A DNA stretch of 64,000 nt from the human T2T-CHM13v2.0 reference genome, Homo sapiens, in NCBI RefSeq assembly GCF_009914755.1, contig NC_060930.1; one strand, 5' to 3'. Positions 1 through 13,384 of this stretch are shown here, one piece after another. Positions within the stretch are counted from its first letter, which is position 1; each line of letters starts with the position of its first letter. The notes beneath the pieces are model-generated. The model had not been told where the DNA came from. It searched no databases and worked only from the letters and a program-made list of their open reading frames with translations. A program made the translations under genes and the position numbers.

Positions 1-429
1 CCTGCCCGGGGCCGCGCCAGGTGGAGGCCCCGAGAGGCGGCGCGTTTCCTGCGCTCCGGGATTGCGGGAGAAGCGTGAGTCCCTGTCTCCGAGACTAGAG
101 GCCACGGACACCCGCGCAGGAGCATCCCCTGGCACCCCGCCCCACGCCCGTCCTTCCGGAGTCTACACATCGGCGACCTCCCGTGTCTAGGCGCACACAT
201 TTCCCGCCCCGCGGAGACTCCCACGCCCCGGGCCCTCTCTGCCGCAGGCGCCAGATCCCGCCTCTGGGGGCTGGACCGAGAGGGTCCTCGGCGGCTTCTT
301 TAAGGCTGCGGTCCCCGCCCCGTCGTCCTCCCCGCCCTCCTCCCTCTCGCCGCGGCTCCTCCCGCCCTCCCAGAGCAGCCGGGCGGCTGGGCGCGCGCGG
401 CGCAGAGCAGGTGCCGGGGAGCCCTTCGC

Positions 430-456
430 ATGCGGCTGCCGGGCCGGAGGTGGTAG
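430..456 (+). promoter_or_regulatory. Upstream ORF MRLPGRRW* in the probable 5'UTR
   Basis: ATG 430 to TAG 456, out of frame with the main ATG, weak context (cgcATGc); relevant only if the TSS is upstream of 430. Confidence 0.55.
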
Positions 457-520
457 CGGCGCCGGGCGCGCTCCGCCCGCCCCTCCTCCGGGCCGCACTG
501 AGGCTCGGGCGCGCGGGGAC

Positions 521-826
521 ATGTCGGTGGCGACGGGCAGCAGCGAGACGGCCGGCGGGGCCAGCGGCGGCGGCGCACGGGTTTTCTTCCAAAGCCCCCG
601 GGGTGGCGCCGGTGGCAGCCCCGGCTCCAGCAGCGGCTCAGGCTCCTCCCGGGAGGACTCGGCGCCCGTGGCCACGGCGGCCGCTGCAGGGCAGGTTCAG
701 CAGCAACAGCAGCGGCGACACCAGCAGGGAAAAGTGACAGTGAAATACGATCGTAAGGAGCTTCGGAAGCGGCTGGTGCTGGAGGAATGGATCGTGGAGC
801 AGCTGGGTCAGCTCTACGGCTGCGAG
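521..826 (+). CDS. PPP1R14C: Coding exon 1 (codons 1-102) of protein phosphatase 1 regulatory inhibitor subunit 14C (KEPI)
   Basis: MSVATGSSETAGGASGGGARVFFQSP...GKVTVKYDRKELRKRLVLEEWIVEQLGQLYGCE: CPI-17/PHI family inhibitor signature with phosphoacceptor Thr73, N-terminal RVxF (RVFF, residues 20-23), gacATG start, ends at GAG|GTACCT donor in phase 0. Confidence 0.97.
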
Positions 827-3800
827 GTACCTGGGCGCGGGGCTGGGAGGGTCGGGGACCTCTCTAGCTCCTCTGTGCCCGCGCAGTAATTTTCCCGGGC
901 TCCAGCTCCGGGGCGCGCATGTCCCTGACTCCCGGGGACCAAGTGCCAGGAGCGAGGCGCGGCGCCTTCTCTCCCCCGCGGTGCCCTCTGGCGTCGGGCT
1001 CAGCGGTTGGGACGCCCCTGTCTGGGTTCGGCTGCCGGTGCCCGGGGATCTGCGGGCCCCCTTGGTGGCCGTGGGGAGGGTTGGGTCCCGCGGAGCACAG
1101 TGCTTTTCTCCGAGCTCCGGGCGCCTCTGGGCTCCAGCTGCAGCTGCGCAAAGCGGGGCTCGGAGGGGCTCACTCCAGCTGCGCCTCAGCAGCGGTTGGG
1201 GATACAGCAGCCAAAGAGAGCAGCGCTCACTGCTGGGATCCGGGCAGCCCTGATTTTTGTGGAGAACGAGCAGGGAAGGAAGGAAGCTGCCTCGTGGAAA
1301 GGAGAGGTTCTGGGGATCTCAGAGGCCCCCTTGGTTCTTGAAATTCCCCGTGAAAATCCTGAGATGGAACGCTTTCCGCTTTCCAGCCAGCCCCGACGGT
1401 GTCTCCATAATTCCGCCCTGCATTATCAGAGCTGCACACGTTGTGCTTTGTTGAAGCCGTAGTTTTTCCTCTCTAAGCTCAGTTACTCCCATTGATGGGC
1501 GCAGAATGAGCATCTGGGGCAACCTCGACGGGTGCCTCGGTGGAAGGGCGGGAGCCCTGCGGGGGGCCTGCGGGATCCCGGGATCTGTCAGCTTCAGGCT
1601 CCCAGCTCCCCTCTCCTCCACGACATCGTGACTTCCCAAGGTCCAGGGACTAAGGTCATACACAAGTCTCAGGGACGTGTATACATTTGATTTAGGGAGA
1701 AATATGTAGAATAAACTGCAGCAAAACGACTGAAGCCAAAATGATCTCTCATGAGCATCTTGAATAACAGTTATTAATTCTAAATGAAGTGACCTCCTCT
1801 TAAGGGAGTGGAGTTTGGAAAGGGTGGAAGCATGAAGGGGTTAATAATTAAGAATGTGGCTTCTAAGCTAAAGCTAGGTTTGTGTTCATTCAACTGTTGT
1901 GCTCTTCAACAGAGATGACAACCAGATGAACTCACAGGCTTTACCACTAATGTCGGGTGTTCTGTATTTGACACATTTCATGGCCTGTTGTGAAGACACG
2001 TTTTCTTAAACACCCTCATTGCACAAGAAAACAGCATACTCGTTACTGACTACTGATAAATGATTATAATATAATGAAGCTTGACTGTATGACTAATGGG
2101 GTTGTAAAAATGTGTTGTTTCTCCAGTCCAGCTCTTACAAAAAGCTAATTTAATTGCATAAATAAAAACTGGCAAACATAAGAAGTATTCATGAGATTTT
2201 TATAGGAAGTTGGCAAAACTCTGTAAAGAAACATTATTTGATGTAGATGGGATTACTGTTGGATGAGTGGATGTGCTCAGTCCTGCCTCTGTAGAATCCA
2301 GTTAATTTTCATTTATTTCATACTGTTTTTTTTTTCTCCATTTGGGATTTGGAAAAGATTCGAATTAATAGAAAAAGCATTGTTGAAATTAACAGTGCAC
2401 CAGCATGGTTCTTTTTGTGGGAGACTAATTAGGCTTAGATTGGGAAGCTAGAAAGAGCTCTACCCACTGAGTAGCCTGATAAACAATATATTTAAAAAAT
2501 ACTTCAGAATAATTAGAAAAAATGGAGGTTTGATTGTTTCCTGTGTGGAACATGTAGGTTAGGTATATATTTTAAAGGGTAAACATGAGCTTGAATCTTT
2601 TCCTTGTATTGTACTTTTCTTCTTGGGTTTTAAATCTTCAACCCGTAGCAAACAGCTAGACATTTGAAAGGGAGGTTTTTGTGGTGAAATAATTCAAGAT
2701 GCTCTATATGCTGCCTGCATGTCATTAACGTGGCAAGTATTTTTCTTCAAGTTGTTTGTTCAGTCATTGTAGGCTGAAGGAAGAGAAATAATTAGGTTGT
2801 TGGCAATTTGTAATCACTATGCTGGTGGTGTACCTCCATTTAATAATAAAGAAACATGGGCAAATAAGTAGCCAAATAAAGGCTTGTCTCTTTGCATCTA
2901 TTTCTCTGCTGATAGTGCTCTATTTTTAGCATTGGGTTCTCTTGTTGAGTAACCTTTCTTTGTTGATAGCTTCAAGTATTTCAGCCTCTGGTTTGTGAAT
3001 CAAGAAGGACGCACCCTAGCTTACAGCTCCGAACTTCATGCATACGAAGATTAGGAAATGTCCTTTTTATACTTAAAAGTGGTAATTCTTTCAAATGTTT
3101 AGCCCATGAAAGTGACACAGCCAATTTCCCAGCCTTCAAACCTCAAACCTGCCAAAGGCTTGAGTTATCTGCTGAGTTGGGGTAGAATATGAACACATCT
3201 TTAATTTCAGAAGAACTTGACCCAAGCAGGTTAGGAATCAGATGACTTGACCTTTTCAGAATAGAAAATAATCTTTTGGAGCAGTGTAAAGTGATGTATT
3301 TAGAAAGAGGAAGAGGAAAGAAGAAATACACAGAACCACTTTCTGTCTGTGTTTTTTTCTGGAAGTGTGCAGTGACTAATCAGTTTTGTATGAGAATAAT
3401 GTCATAGGGGAATTTATTACCTACCTACTAGGTGACTAGGTGCTCTTCTAGGTACTTTGGGCTAATTCATTTAGTCTTCATAACAACCCTATAAAGAAGA
3501 TGTTCTTTTTATCCTTGTTTAAATGTAAATAAAGAAGTGAAGACTCAGAGAGGATTAAAAGGCTGCTTCAAGCTCATGTAGCTGGTGGGTGGGTTGGGGT
3601 TGAGGATGAACCCAGTCTGGAATCTGAGTCCACTGTATACCCATGAGGCCTGTCTGTACCGTGCAAGAGAGCAAATGTAGGTCTACAAGACATCTGTCTA
3701 AATGTTTAAAACTTATGAGTTAAACTAACAACATTTGTATAAAATTTCTTCTGTCCACTGATCTTGACAGCTACATCTTCATAATGACCTTGAAGTCTAG

Positions 3801-4493
3801 GTTTGCATTTTGAATTCAAAATGTTACTTCCCAGAGTCATGAACTGAAATGCAGTTAGGAGACTGCCCTGGCCTGGGTTTCTTCCCTTTTGCTTCCCATC
3901 CTTGGTACAGTCCCACCTGGTAAAGGACACTGTGTCCACTCGCACGCCCAGTCTTGGTATGCACCTGCCACTCCTTGACCATGATGCCTCTGCACACACC
4001 AGTGGTGATGTCCCCCTAGGCCAGAACAGATCTGGGAGGAGCTTGTTCATGCCCTAGAAGCTACTTGGGATTTGAGAAGGGAATTCTGGGGACCCGGATC
4101 ACAGACTAAAACCAAGTGGAGGGGCACTGGTTCTGGATAGATGTGTCCACTTTGTCCTAGGAAGTCTTCAGGAAGACAGGTTATGGCAGGAGTGGGGCCC
4201 GGAGATGTGGTCCCCTCTTACCCAGTCTAAGGGCAGCACTGTAAAATACCACGTCAAATAGCCTTTTGAATACGTAGATAAGTGCTTTTATTGGATTCCA
4301 AAATGATTTGTTATGTGCTTATAGTTCTTTTCCATCTCATCTTCTCTTGGGAAGGCTTATACAGGTACATTTTCAGCTAGGAATTTGATTATAATGTAAC
4401 CATTAGACTAAATCTACATCTACATCCACATTTAAGGATTTCTGTTTAAAGACCTTTTTTTTTTTTTTTTAATCTCTTCCAAACCCTGGTGGG

Positions 4494-4805
<312 letters not shown>

Positions 4806-6126
4806 AACCCTGGTGGTTTTTAAGAGCATTTGAAATCTGGCATAATATCTACTTTAACAAGTACTGCAAGATGACTTACTGGATAAGTCATATGAATATT
4901 TCCAAGTTTGCCCAGCATCAAGATAACATCTGTACTTCCAGTTTTGCAATTCAATTTGCTTTGGAAATAAAAACATGTTGCTAAGCTCAGATGATTGCAA
5001 TGCCCGTAGCATCCTAGCCATAAACAGGCTTGTGTACCTTGGGTACTTGCTGTGTTGTTCTGACTGTCACCTTAGTAGGTCTTTCCCTTTGCTTCCAGTG
5101 TCTGCTTTTTATAAAATGGTTCCTGACTTATTATACCTTTCAGTCTTCCCTGACTCCCCATTACCCCCATTTTATAAAAACTGTCTTCTGAGAGATGGTG
5201 GTGACACAGAAAGAAATACCCTGTTGATTGCTGCCTGATACATCTGGATATATAGATTGCTGCCTGACACATGGATACAGAGAAACAGAGAGTCATAGGG
5301 TACCACTTAATCTTACTGTATGCTAAGGAAAAATATTATAAAAGTAATCTGAAACATAACGTCATTAGTGTTTAAATACCATGTTTTATTCCTCACTTTC
5401 TGAAAAATGATTTTATTTTTCTAAATTTGTTTCATAATGCATTTATGAGTTGTGACCTGCAATTTTAAAAGTACTGCTTCTGAAAGGGAGAAGCCTAAAC
5501 ATGTGTAATAGAGTTAGCAGACACTGGCCGAGTACTTAGCACGTACTAGGCAAGGTTCATGTAATCTTGGCAACAACTCTGAGACCCCCATTTTGTGGAG
5601 GTGGAATCAGGCACAGGGAAGTTAAGAAGTTGCCCCAGGACTCTCAGCTGGGATGTGACAGAACAAGGCTGTGGCCAGGGAGTCAGGCACACCTTAACAA
5701 ATGGCCTGTCCTGCCTCCTGAGACAGGGCAGAGCCTGGCACCTATGTGAACCCCATGGTTTGCCTGTTCCCAGATGCTGCTGTTATACCTTGTAAATGGA
5801 CTGTGAGTGCATGTGGAGGACACCACTGTTAGCGGGTTAGTTCTTGCACCTGGATGAGGCCTCTCCTTTTACATGCAGATCCTGGATTTCCACAGACTTT
5901 TCCAGGTACAGTATCACATCAGCCGGCTTTGCTACTTTATTAGCGCTCAAGCTGGAAGGTAGAAACTGCTACTTAGAACTCGTCTTGTGGATTGTTTGGT
6001 AAATCACCATTTGTTCAGGTATTTGAGGACAGGCTTTTAAACAACAACAAAACCCCCTGAACTCCATAAACTCAACCTGTCAACTACTAAGGAATAAATT
6101 ACACATGCAAAAAGTCAGTGGATAAA

Positions 6127-6404
6127 GCCAGGCATGGTGGCTCTAGCCTGTAATCCCAGCACTGACGGATCGCTTGAGGCCAGGAGTTGGAGACCAGCCT
6201 GAGGAATATGATGAAACTCCGTCTCTACAAAAAATACAAAAATTAGCCAAAGATGGTGGCATGCGCTGGTGGTCCCTGCTTCTCAGGAGGCTGAGGTGGG
6301 AGGATCACCTGAGCCCGGGGAGGTTAAGGCTGCAGTGAACCAAGATCACACCACTGTACTCCAGCCTGGGCAACAGCCTGCCTCAAATAAAAAGAAAAAA
6401 AAAA
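6127..6404 (+). mobile_element. Alu (AluJ-type, small internal deletion)
   Basis: Diverged dimer with A-tail; TSD aaaagtcagt(g/a)gataaa. Confidence 0.92.
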
Positions 6405-6627
6405 GTCAGTAGATAAAAGAATTCTAAATTGCCAAAGGAAGGAAAGAAAACTGCTTAACACATTCCCTTTGGAACAGTGGTTAGGGAAATGCGGGGTGGA
6501 AGCAGTGGTTACAATGTGTGCTTTGAAGTGCGATGAACCTGAATTCACATGTGGCCCTGTCATTCAGTGGGTATATGTGATTAGGCAATTTCCTTCACCC
6601 CTCTGAGCCTCACTTTCTCCATACATA

Positions 6628-6659
<32 letters not shown>

Positions 6660-6662
6660 TGT
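6628..6662. repeat. (TG)n microsatellite
   Basis: Direct reading. Confidence 0.95.
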
Positions 6663-6665
6663 ATA

Positions 6666-6915
6666 TTTCAGACAGTCTGACTCCTGTTGCCCAGGCTAGC
6701 TAGAGTGCAGTGGGGCTATCACGGCTCATTGCATCGTTGACCACCCAGGCTCAAGTGATCCTCCCACCTAATTTTTTTTTTTTTTTTTTTTTTTTTTGTG
6801 GAGACAAGGTTTCACTGTGTTGGCCAGGCTGGTCTCGAATTCCTGGGCTTAAGTGATCCGTCAGCCTCAGCCTTCCAAAGTGTTAGGATTACAGGTGTGA
6901 GCCACTGCGCCCGGC
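6666..6915 (-). mobile_element. Alu (AluJ-type, deleted right arm, expanded poly-T linker)
   Basis: Alu arms separated by a ~26-nt T run. Confidence 0.9.
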
Positions 6916-8394
6916 TACTTTCTCTGTATGTTGAAGGAAATCATCCTGGTGCCTTTGCAGGGCTGTCAGGAGGACTGATTGGTGAGACACCAAGCATAGT
7001 ACTTAGGACATAGCATGTCAGTGTTGTTATTGGAGCCACAAGCTGCCACTAACTGTTGGTTATTCTCTATGATGGAGACAGAGGAAAGGGGTGAAGAAAA
7101 CAAGGTATTCACATCTATTTGGTGCAATAATTTGGAGAAGAGTATAGGGTTACTTTAGGGTCAGGGGTGTTGGTGTATGTTTGAACTTGAACATGGGCAA
7201 ATATTCTCTAAACTGTTCCTCCTGTTTCTAGAGCCTTCCTCATTCTCTATGTTTTGGTGGATTTTTACATATGTGCAGGGAAGTTAGACTGTAACAACTT
7301 GAAGGCAAGGAACTGTCTTAATTTTCATCATTTAAAAGTTCATAGCGGGACACAATTCTTCAACATTTAAGCATTTGCTTGAATGAATGAAAAAGGATCA
7401 ATGTTCAGCAAATGTTTAAAAGTCATTGATGTTTCTGTATCTGAACTAATTGGTGATATTCCTTTATCATAGACATGGCGAGGGCAAAAGTCAATCTGTG
7501 TTTTTGTTACTGTAGTCATATCACATTCTTGCATCCTTACAGCTTTATGTCAGTGCTGTTGGAAAATACACCTTTCTTCATTGACTTAACTTGCTCCAAA
7601 CAGGAACTGAAAGGTGGTAATGGTAGCCAATTGACTTTGAAGTTTAGGTTGACAGAATTCTTTTGCAAATGTGATCTTCCCTGAGTCCCACCCACTGTCT
7701 TTTCCTTTGCTCCTAACGTGCCCCTGCTACACTAGTTCTGCCTGCTGTTCTCATCTCTGTGGGTACATGTTTGCTTTGGCTGTCTTCTGTTTGTCCTTTT
7801 CCTCTCAGCCTAAAACAACCTGGCAGCCCCTGGTCTCCCTCGCCTAGCCCACAGCTCTCTGTCAAGAAGTCTCTTTCTAGATGGAGGGAAGAATCAAATC
7901 TGAATTTTATTTTCCATGTGGCACATGCTTTGGCCACATGGTTTACTTTGTAGTGCATGCTCTTGCTCTTGTTTCCTGCACTGGGCTAGTTCAAGCCTTC
8001 ACCTGTCTTTTCAAGGCACCTCTTCTGTTCTCTGCCCTCCCAGTCTCCTCCTCTGCAAGCTAGACCAGCCACCCTCCAGGCACTTCATTCACGACACCCC
8101 TTTCTTGGCTGAGTTTTCAACCTCTCTGGCCCATTCATTTCAGCATATACACAAGTTGAAGTCTCTCTCTTCTGTTTAAACCACCACCATCCCCCACTAC
8201 CACACAAATACCTTCCCCTCCTCCGCCCTGTATTCCCCCACCGCACATGCCGCTCCGTCTTTCTCCTTCCCTTTCTGGGTTTTTCCTCTTCTGCCTGCTC
8301 TTCAGTGATGACATTTCTCTGTCTTCGGGCCCTGGCTCTCTGTTTTTTTTGTTGTTTGTTTTGTTTTGTTTTTTTTTCCTTCACTCCTGCGTGC

Positions 8395-8830
8395 TGTTTT
8401 TGGATGATAAGACCCTTCCTGTGGCTTTAATTGTTGTCCATATGCGGACAACGTGTGACTCTGTATTTTTAGCCCTGATCTGTTTTCTGAGTGCCAGATG
8501 TATTCAGACAACTTTGAAATGGACAGTGCCACTTAGTACCCCAGAGAAACCTCATATTCAACTGGTCTGAAAATGAGTTTCTCATCTTCCTTAGGAAACC
8601 TGCTCCTCTTCCTCACTTCCCTCAGTGGGCGGCAGGCGCTGCTGTGCACAGTTGTCCCAGCCCAAGATTACGTGGCATGCTTATCTCTTGCCTCCTCCTT
8701 GCTGTCACACCCAGGAGTCACAAAGTCTTGTTGATGCTCCTACAGCTCTGGAATATGAGTCCCCACTGGTCCCTGCCACTGCCTTAATCCAGCTCCTTGT
8801 AACTTCTCACCTGTATAATAGCAATGGTCA
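8395..8830 (+). mobile_element. L2 fragment
   Basis: Degenerate L2 motifs (ctcatattcaac...tctgaaaatgagtttctcatcttcc...aaacctgctcctcttcct). Confidence 0.6.
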
Positions 8831-9158
8831 CTGTAGTCCAGTTTCTTTCAAATTACGGCAACCACTCTTTCTGCTACTGCACCCTCCACCACTGCTGCTA
8901 TTGTTTCTACTACTGCTGGGACTAACCCAGCTCTCAGGTGACAGCCAGGAGATTTATGCATCTTACCTCATACCATCAATCCTCCCAACAACTTTATGAA
9001 GGAGATGGTGTTATCTTCATTTCTTCATTTTTTGGAGAAAGCAGCTGAGATCTGAGAAGTTGTCCCTTGTCCTTGTCCAAGTTCACACTGATTCCAAAGT
9101 CACTTAGCTATGATGCTCCCATTGCTCCCAGTAGCTCCATTTAAGAAGTGCTGATTGC

Positions 9159-9507
<349 letters not shown>

Positions 9508-10144
9508 TTAATCCTCGCAGTAACTCTGCAAGGTAGGTGAAGAAACTGAAGTACAGGGAGTTTGAGCTGCAGGCCTCCGTCAGAGGCCACATGGCGGGCA
9601 GGTGGCAGGGTCTCTGGTTCCTGGGTTGGGCCTCCCGCTCTGTCCCTGCTCCAGCTCCCCACGGTGCTTCAGAGCCACCTCCATGGGCTGCAGCTAGTGT
9701 GTTTTCTAAAATCCAGGTGGGATCTTGTTCCGCACAGCCTTCAGGATAAAGCAGGAGCCCCTTAGCACGTGACCAGGGCTCAGGGGTTTCCCTGCCCCAG
9801 TCTCTGGACTTGTCTCTAGGCACCCCCAGCCCTGCTGTTTCAGCTATCAGCTGAGTCCCTAAGGCAGCTCAGCAGGAGCCCCTCTGCCATAATCACCTCC
9901 ACCCCCTCCCCTGCCCCCACTCCCTAGCTGTCTAGCTTGCACCTGTTCTTAGCCTGGTACTTGGCAGTGCCTTCCCAGGAGCTTCTCTGATCCATCTCCT
10001 GCTGTCAGGCTGGCTCTGTGGCCTTTCCAGGGCCCCTCTTTCTGTAATCCTGTCTCCCACCCTCACTGCAGCCTCCTGAAGGCAGAATCTTGTACCTTTG
10101 CAGCCCTGGTGACTCTCACACACCTGGCTGCACTTGGGTGTCTC

Positions 10145-10500
10145 TGCTATGGACTGAATGTTTGTGTCTCCCCAGATTCATAGGTTGAAACGCTAGTCCC
10201 CAGAGTGATGGTATTTGGAGGGAGGACTTCGTGGAGGTCATTAGTGTTAGGTGAGGTCGTGAGGGTGGAGGTCCTGTGATGTGATTAATGCCCTTAAAAG
10301 GGGAGGAAGGGGCCAGAGCTCGCTCTCACTGCCATGCAAGGGCACAGCGTGAAAGCACAGCAAGAAGATGGAAGACGGCCACCTGTAGACCAGGAGGAGG
10401 ATGCTGGCACCCTGATCTCAGACCTCCAGCCTCTAGAACTGTGAGACAGAAATGCTTGTTGTTGAGCCACTCAGTCTGTGCTATTTATTTGACTGTCAGT
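10145..10500 (+). mobile_element. MaLR solo LTR (MLT1-type)
   Basis: tgctatggactgaatgtttgtgtc...cctccagcctctagaactgtgaga MLT1 hallmarks. Confidence 0.8.
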
Positions 10501-13034
10501 GAGTGACAGTGGCTGCATCTTCTGGTTACATGATGTGCATTTCAGAAATGTGTTCCCAAAATTAAGCATATGAATATAATTTGGCTCTGCCTGTATTGAA
10601 AACCTGCTCTTTCACTGTCAACTTGAAGTTATGGTTCTTTTTCCTGGTTATAAATTATAACTATGGAGTCCTTTGAACCTCTGAACTAAAAGGAAGTTGT
10701 GGCGTAAGGCACAGATGTATGGGGTAATGAAAGTCTTCAAAGAAAGGGATCACGAGTTACTGCCATTCTCTGTAATTTTAAGTCTTCAGCATGTCCAAGA
10801 ATTTTGTTTGCACAGGAATTGCTTATTTCTATGTGAGTAGAAATGCTTGTGCAAGGAAGTAGCAAGTGCTTTTCCATCTGTGGATAAGACTTGGAGCAAC
10901 AGGCTCACACAAGTCTTCACAGAACAAGAATGAAAGCCTGGATTCCTGCCTCTGCTTAAAAGGTTGGGGCCAATACATTCTCACTAGGTTTTTCTTAGTC
11001 AGCACTGGCATTTTGGAAATCTGTTCCACTGAGTAAAAGCTTAGAAAAAAGAAGACCAGAACGTGGGTGGGTCTCTAAATCATCACTTTATGGTTGAGGA
11101 ATAAAGTGATTAAGAAACAGCTTCTTCATTTTGAAAGAATCCACGGGGAAATCTGTGGAAGGAGCTGTGGAGGGCTGGAATATTCATTCACTCACTCATT
11201 CATTTATTTGTTCAACAGATAACATAGGGCAGGAAAGGGGTTATAAAAAGCTTCACCCTTTTAAACTGTGTAAGGGAAAAAGTAGAAAAAGTAAAGGAAC
11301 GAACACTTCACATTATGGCAGAAGAATGGAGGAGACCATATGATTGAAAGCTCTTTGGGGCAGGGACTCTGTCCTGTTCACAGTTGTGTTAGTATATTCC
11401 ACACAGTTATTTCGTACATAGTGGCTGCATATTTCTTTACTCAAAGTCTGTGTTCAGGAAAGGATATGATAAATTCACTGACATTATATTGCAAATGACT
11501 AAAAACAACTTACTTATCTTTCATTTTAATAGGAAGTCAGATCTTAAGTAAGAGAAAGTAATCTCTTAAGGGCTGGGCTTCAGGAATGAATAAGCCAGGG
11601 CAGGATGTATGCTTTGTGGCTGTGGGAACCTTGCTGGCACCTATGAGATTAATTCCTGTCGGCTGTTCCCAGTGTGAGGTAGTGGGAATGGCCCTTGCCT
11701 GTGAGCTCCGTCCTAGTCGGGCCACCGCTGACCAGCTAGATGAGCTTGGCAAGTCATTTTCACCAACAGAGTTTGTTTTCAGGTTTTCTTTCTTGATTTG
11801 AAAAAAAATGAGGGAGATCTGGGACTTTCTAGCTCTAACCTTTAGATGTTCTATGCTAAAGCCAGGGCTGCACTGGTGAAAGTGAGATGTATCAAAGAAA
11901 GGGTGATATTGAAAGCAGGAGAAATAGAAGTGTCTTCCCCTTCAAGGCAAACCTGAGACAAGGATTAGACTAGTTCACCAAAGGGCCATCGAATTTGCAG
12001 AGCTAATTTCCTGTAGCTGAAGTGGGAGCGTATCCATCCTGCACTGGGCATGATGTCTTGTGTGAGTGGCTTGGGTAGGGACTAGAACGTAAGGATTAGA
12101 TTAATAACTTTTTTTTTTAAATCATCTTTTCCTCCTCTGAAACCTCTCCTTAACTATTGGCTTTCAAGTTAAGTTTGGAATCTGACAGCACAGACACTTA
12201 CAGCCACCATAGCTGCTTTTTCTTTGCATTTAATTGGGTTAACTTTTAAGAAATGGCATGTTTGACTTAAGATTTTTAGGCATATAACCTATAATATTGG
12301 CTTTGGGGGGTGCTTTTCTGTTCTTATTATTTGTCCTTTATCTTGGCACCTCATAATTAACTAATGGTGGTATTTATTTTAACTTGAGGGAGGTTCATTT
12401 TGAGATATGAAATGAGCATCTGAGAGGGAAAATCACAGCAGCTTTCAGAAGTGAAATTTAACAAGGTGAAATGTACAAATTAGCTTGAATAAGAGCATGA
12501 CTGAATCTATACTAAGCAAATTACTTTCTGTTGGGGAGTTTATTCCTGGAATGTCTCTTTATAGTTAGTTTTAGGACTAATAGGATGGGATAACAAGAAA
12601 AACTTAAGATTTTTTATGGACAGTTCTGGCAGGAAGTGAAAAGCAGAACTTATTCTTTGTAATATTTATTTATTTGGTATAATGATAGAATCATAAAGCA
12701 CCATCAGATAATCCCATTTGACCCACATAAATACTCAGTGATATAAGTAGCTACTCCATTTTAAAATGAGAAAACGGGGAGGCTCCAAGAGTCTTAGTAA
12801 CATGCTCAAGTTTAAACTGCCAGTAACAAGAGGAAGACTTGCTTCCTGGAAACTGTGAACATCAGTTGCACCATTTCCCCCCAGATACCTTCCATGTATT
12901 CTAGCATGTTTGGCCAATACACTGAGCAAATCTTTTTTGTTTGATTTACTTGATACATTTTCAAATATGCTTCATCTTAGTTGAACAGTTTACAGGATTC
13001 TGTTATTTCTCAAGTGAACCATTTACAGGAGTCA

Positions 13035-13384
<350 letters not shown>

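Larger units (their letters stand above)
1..1600. promoter_or_regulatory. CpG island / GC-box promoter of PPP1R14C spanning exon 1
   Basis: Very GC- and CpG-rich until ~1.6 kb, then an abrupt shift to AT-rich sequence; several CCCGCCC Sp/KLF boxes (~203, ~314, ~331, ~361); no clear TATA box. Confidence 0.9.

Noticed and set aside
692-727. CAG/polyQ tract in exon 1 as an expansion locus
   Set aside because: Only five consecutive Gln, interrupted by CAA
95-1663. Overlapping Arg/Pro/Gly-rich ORFs on both strands of the CpG island
   Set aside because: Expected from stop-codon scarcity in GC-rich DNA; several start at non-ATG codons
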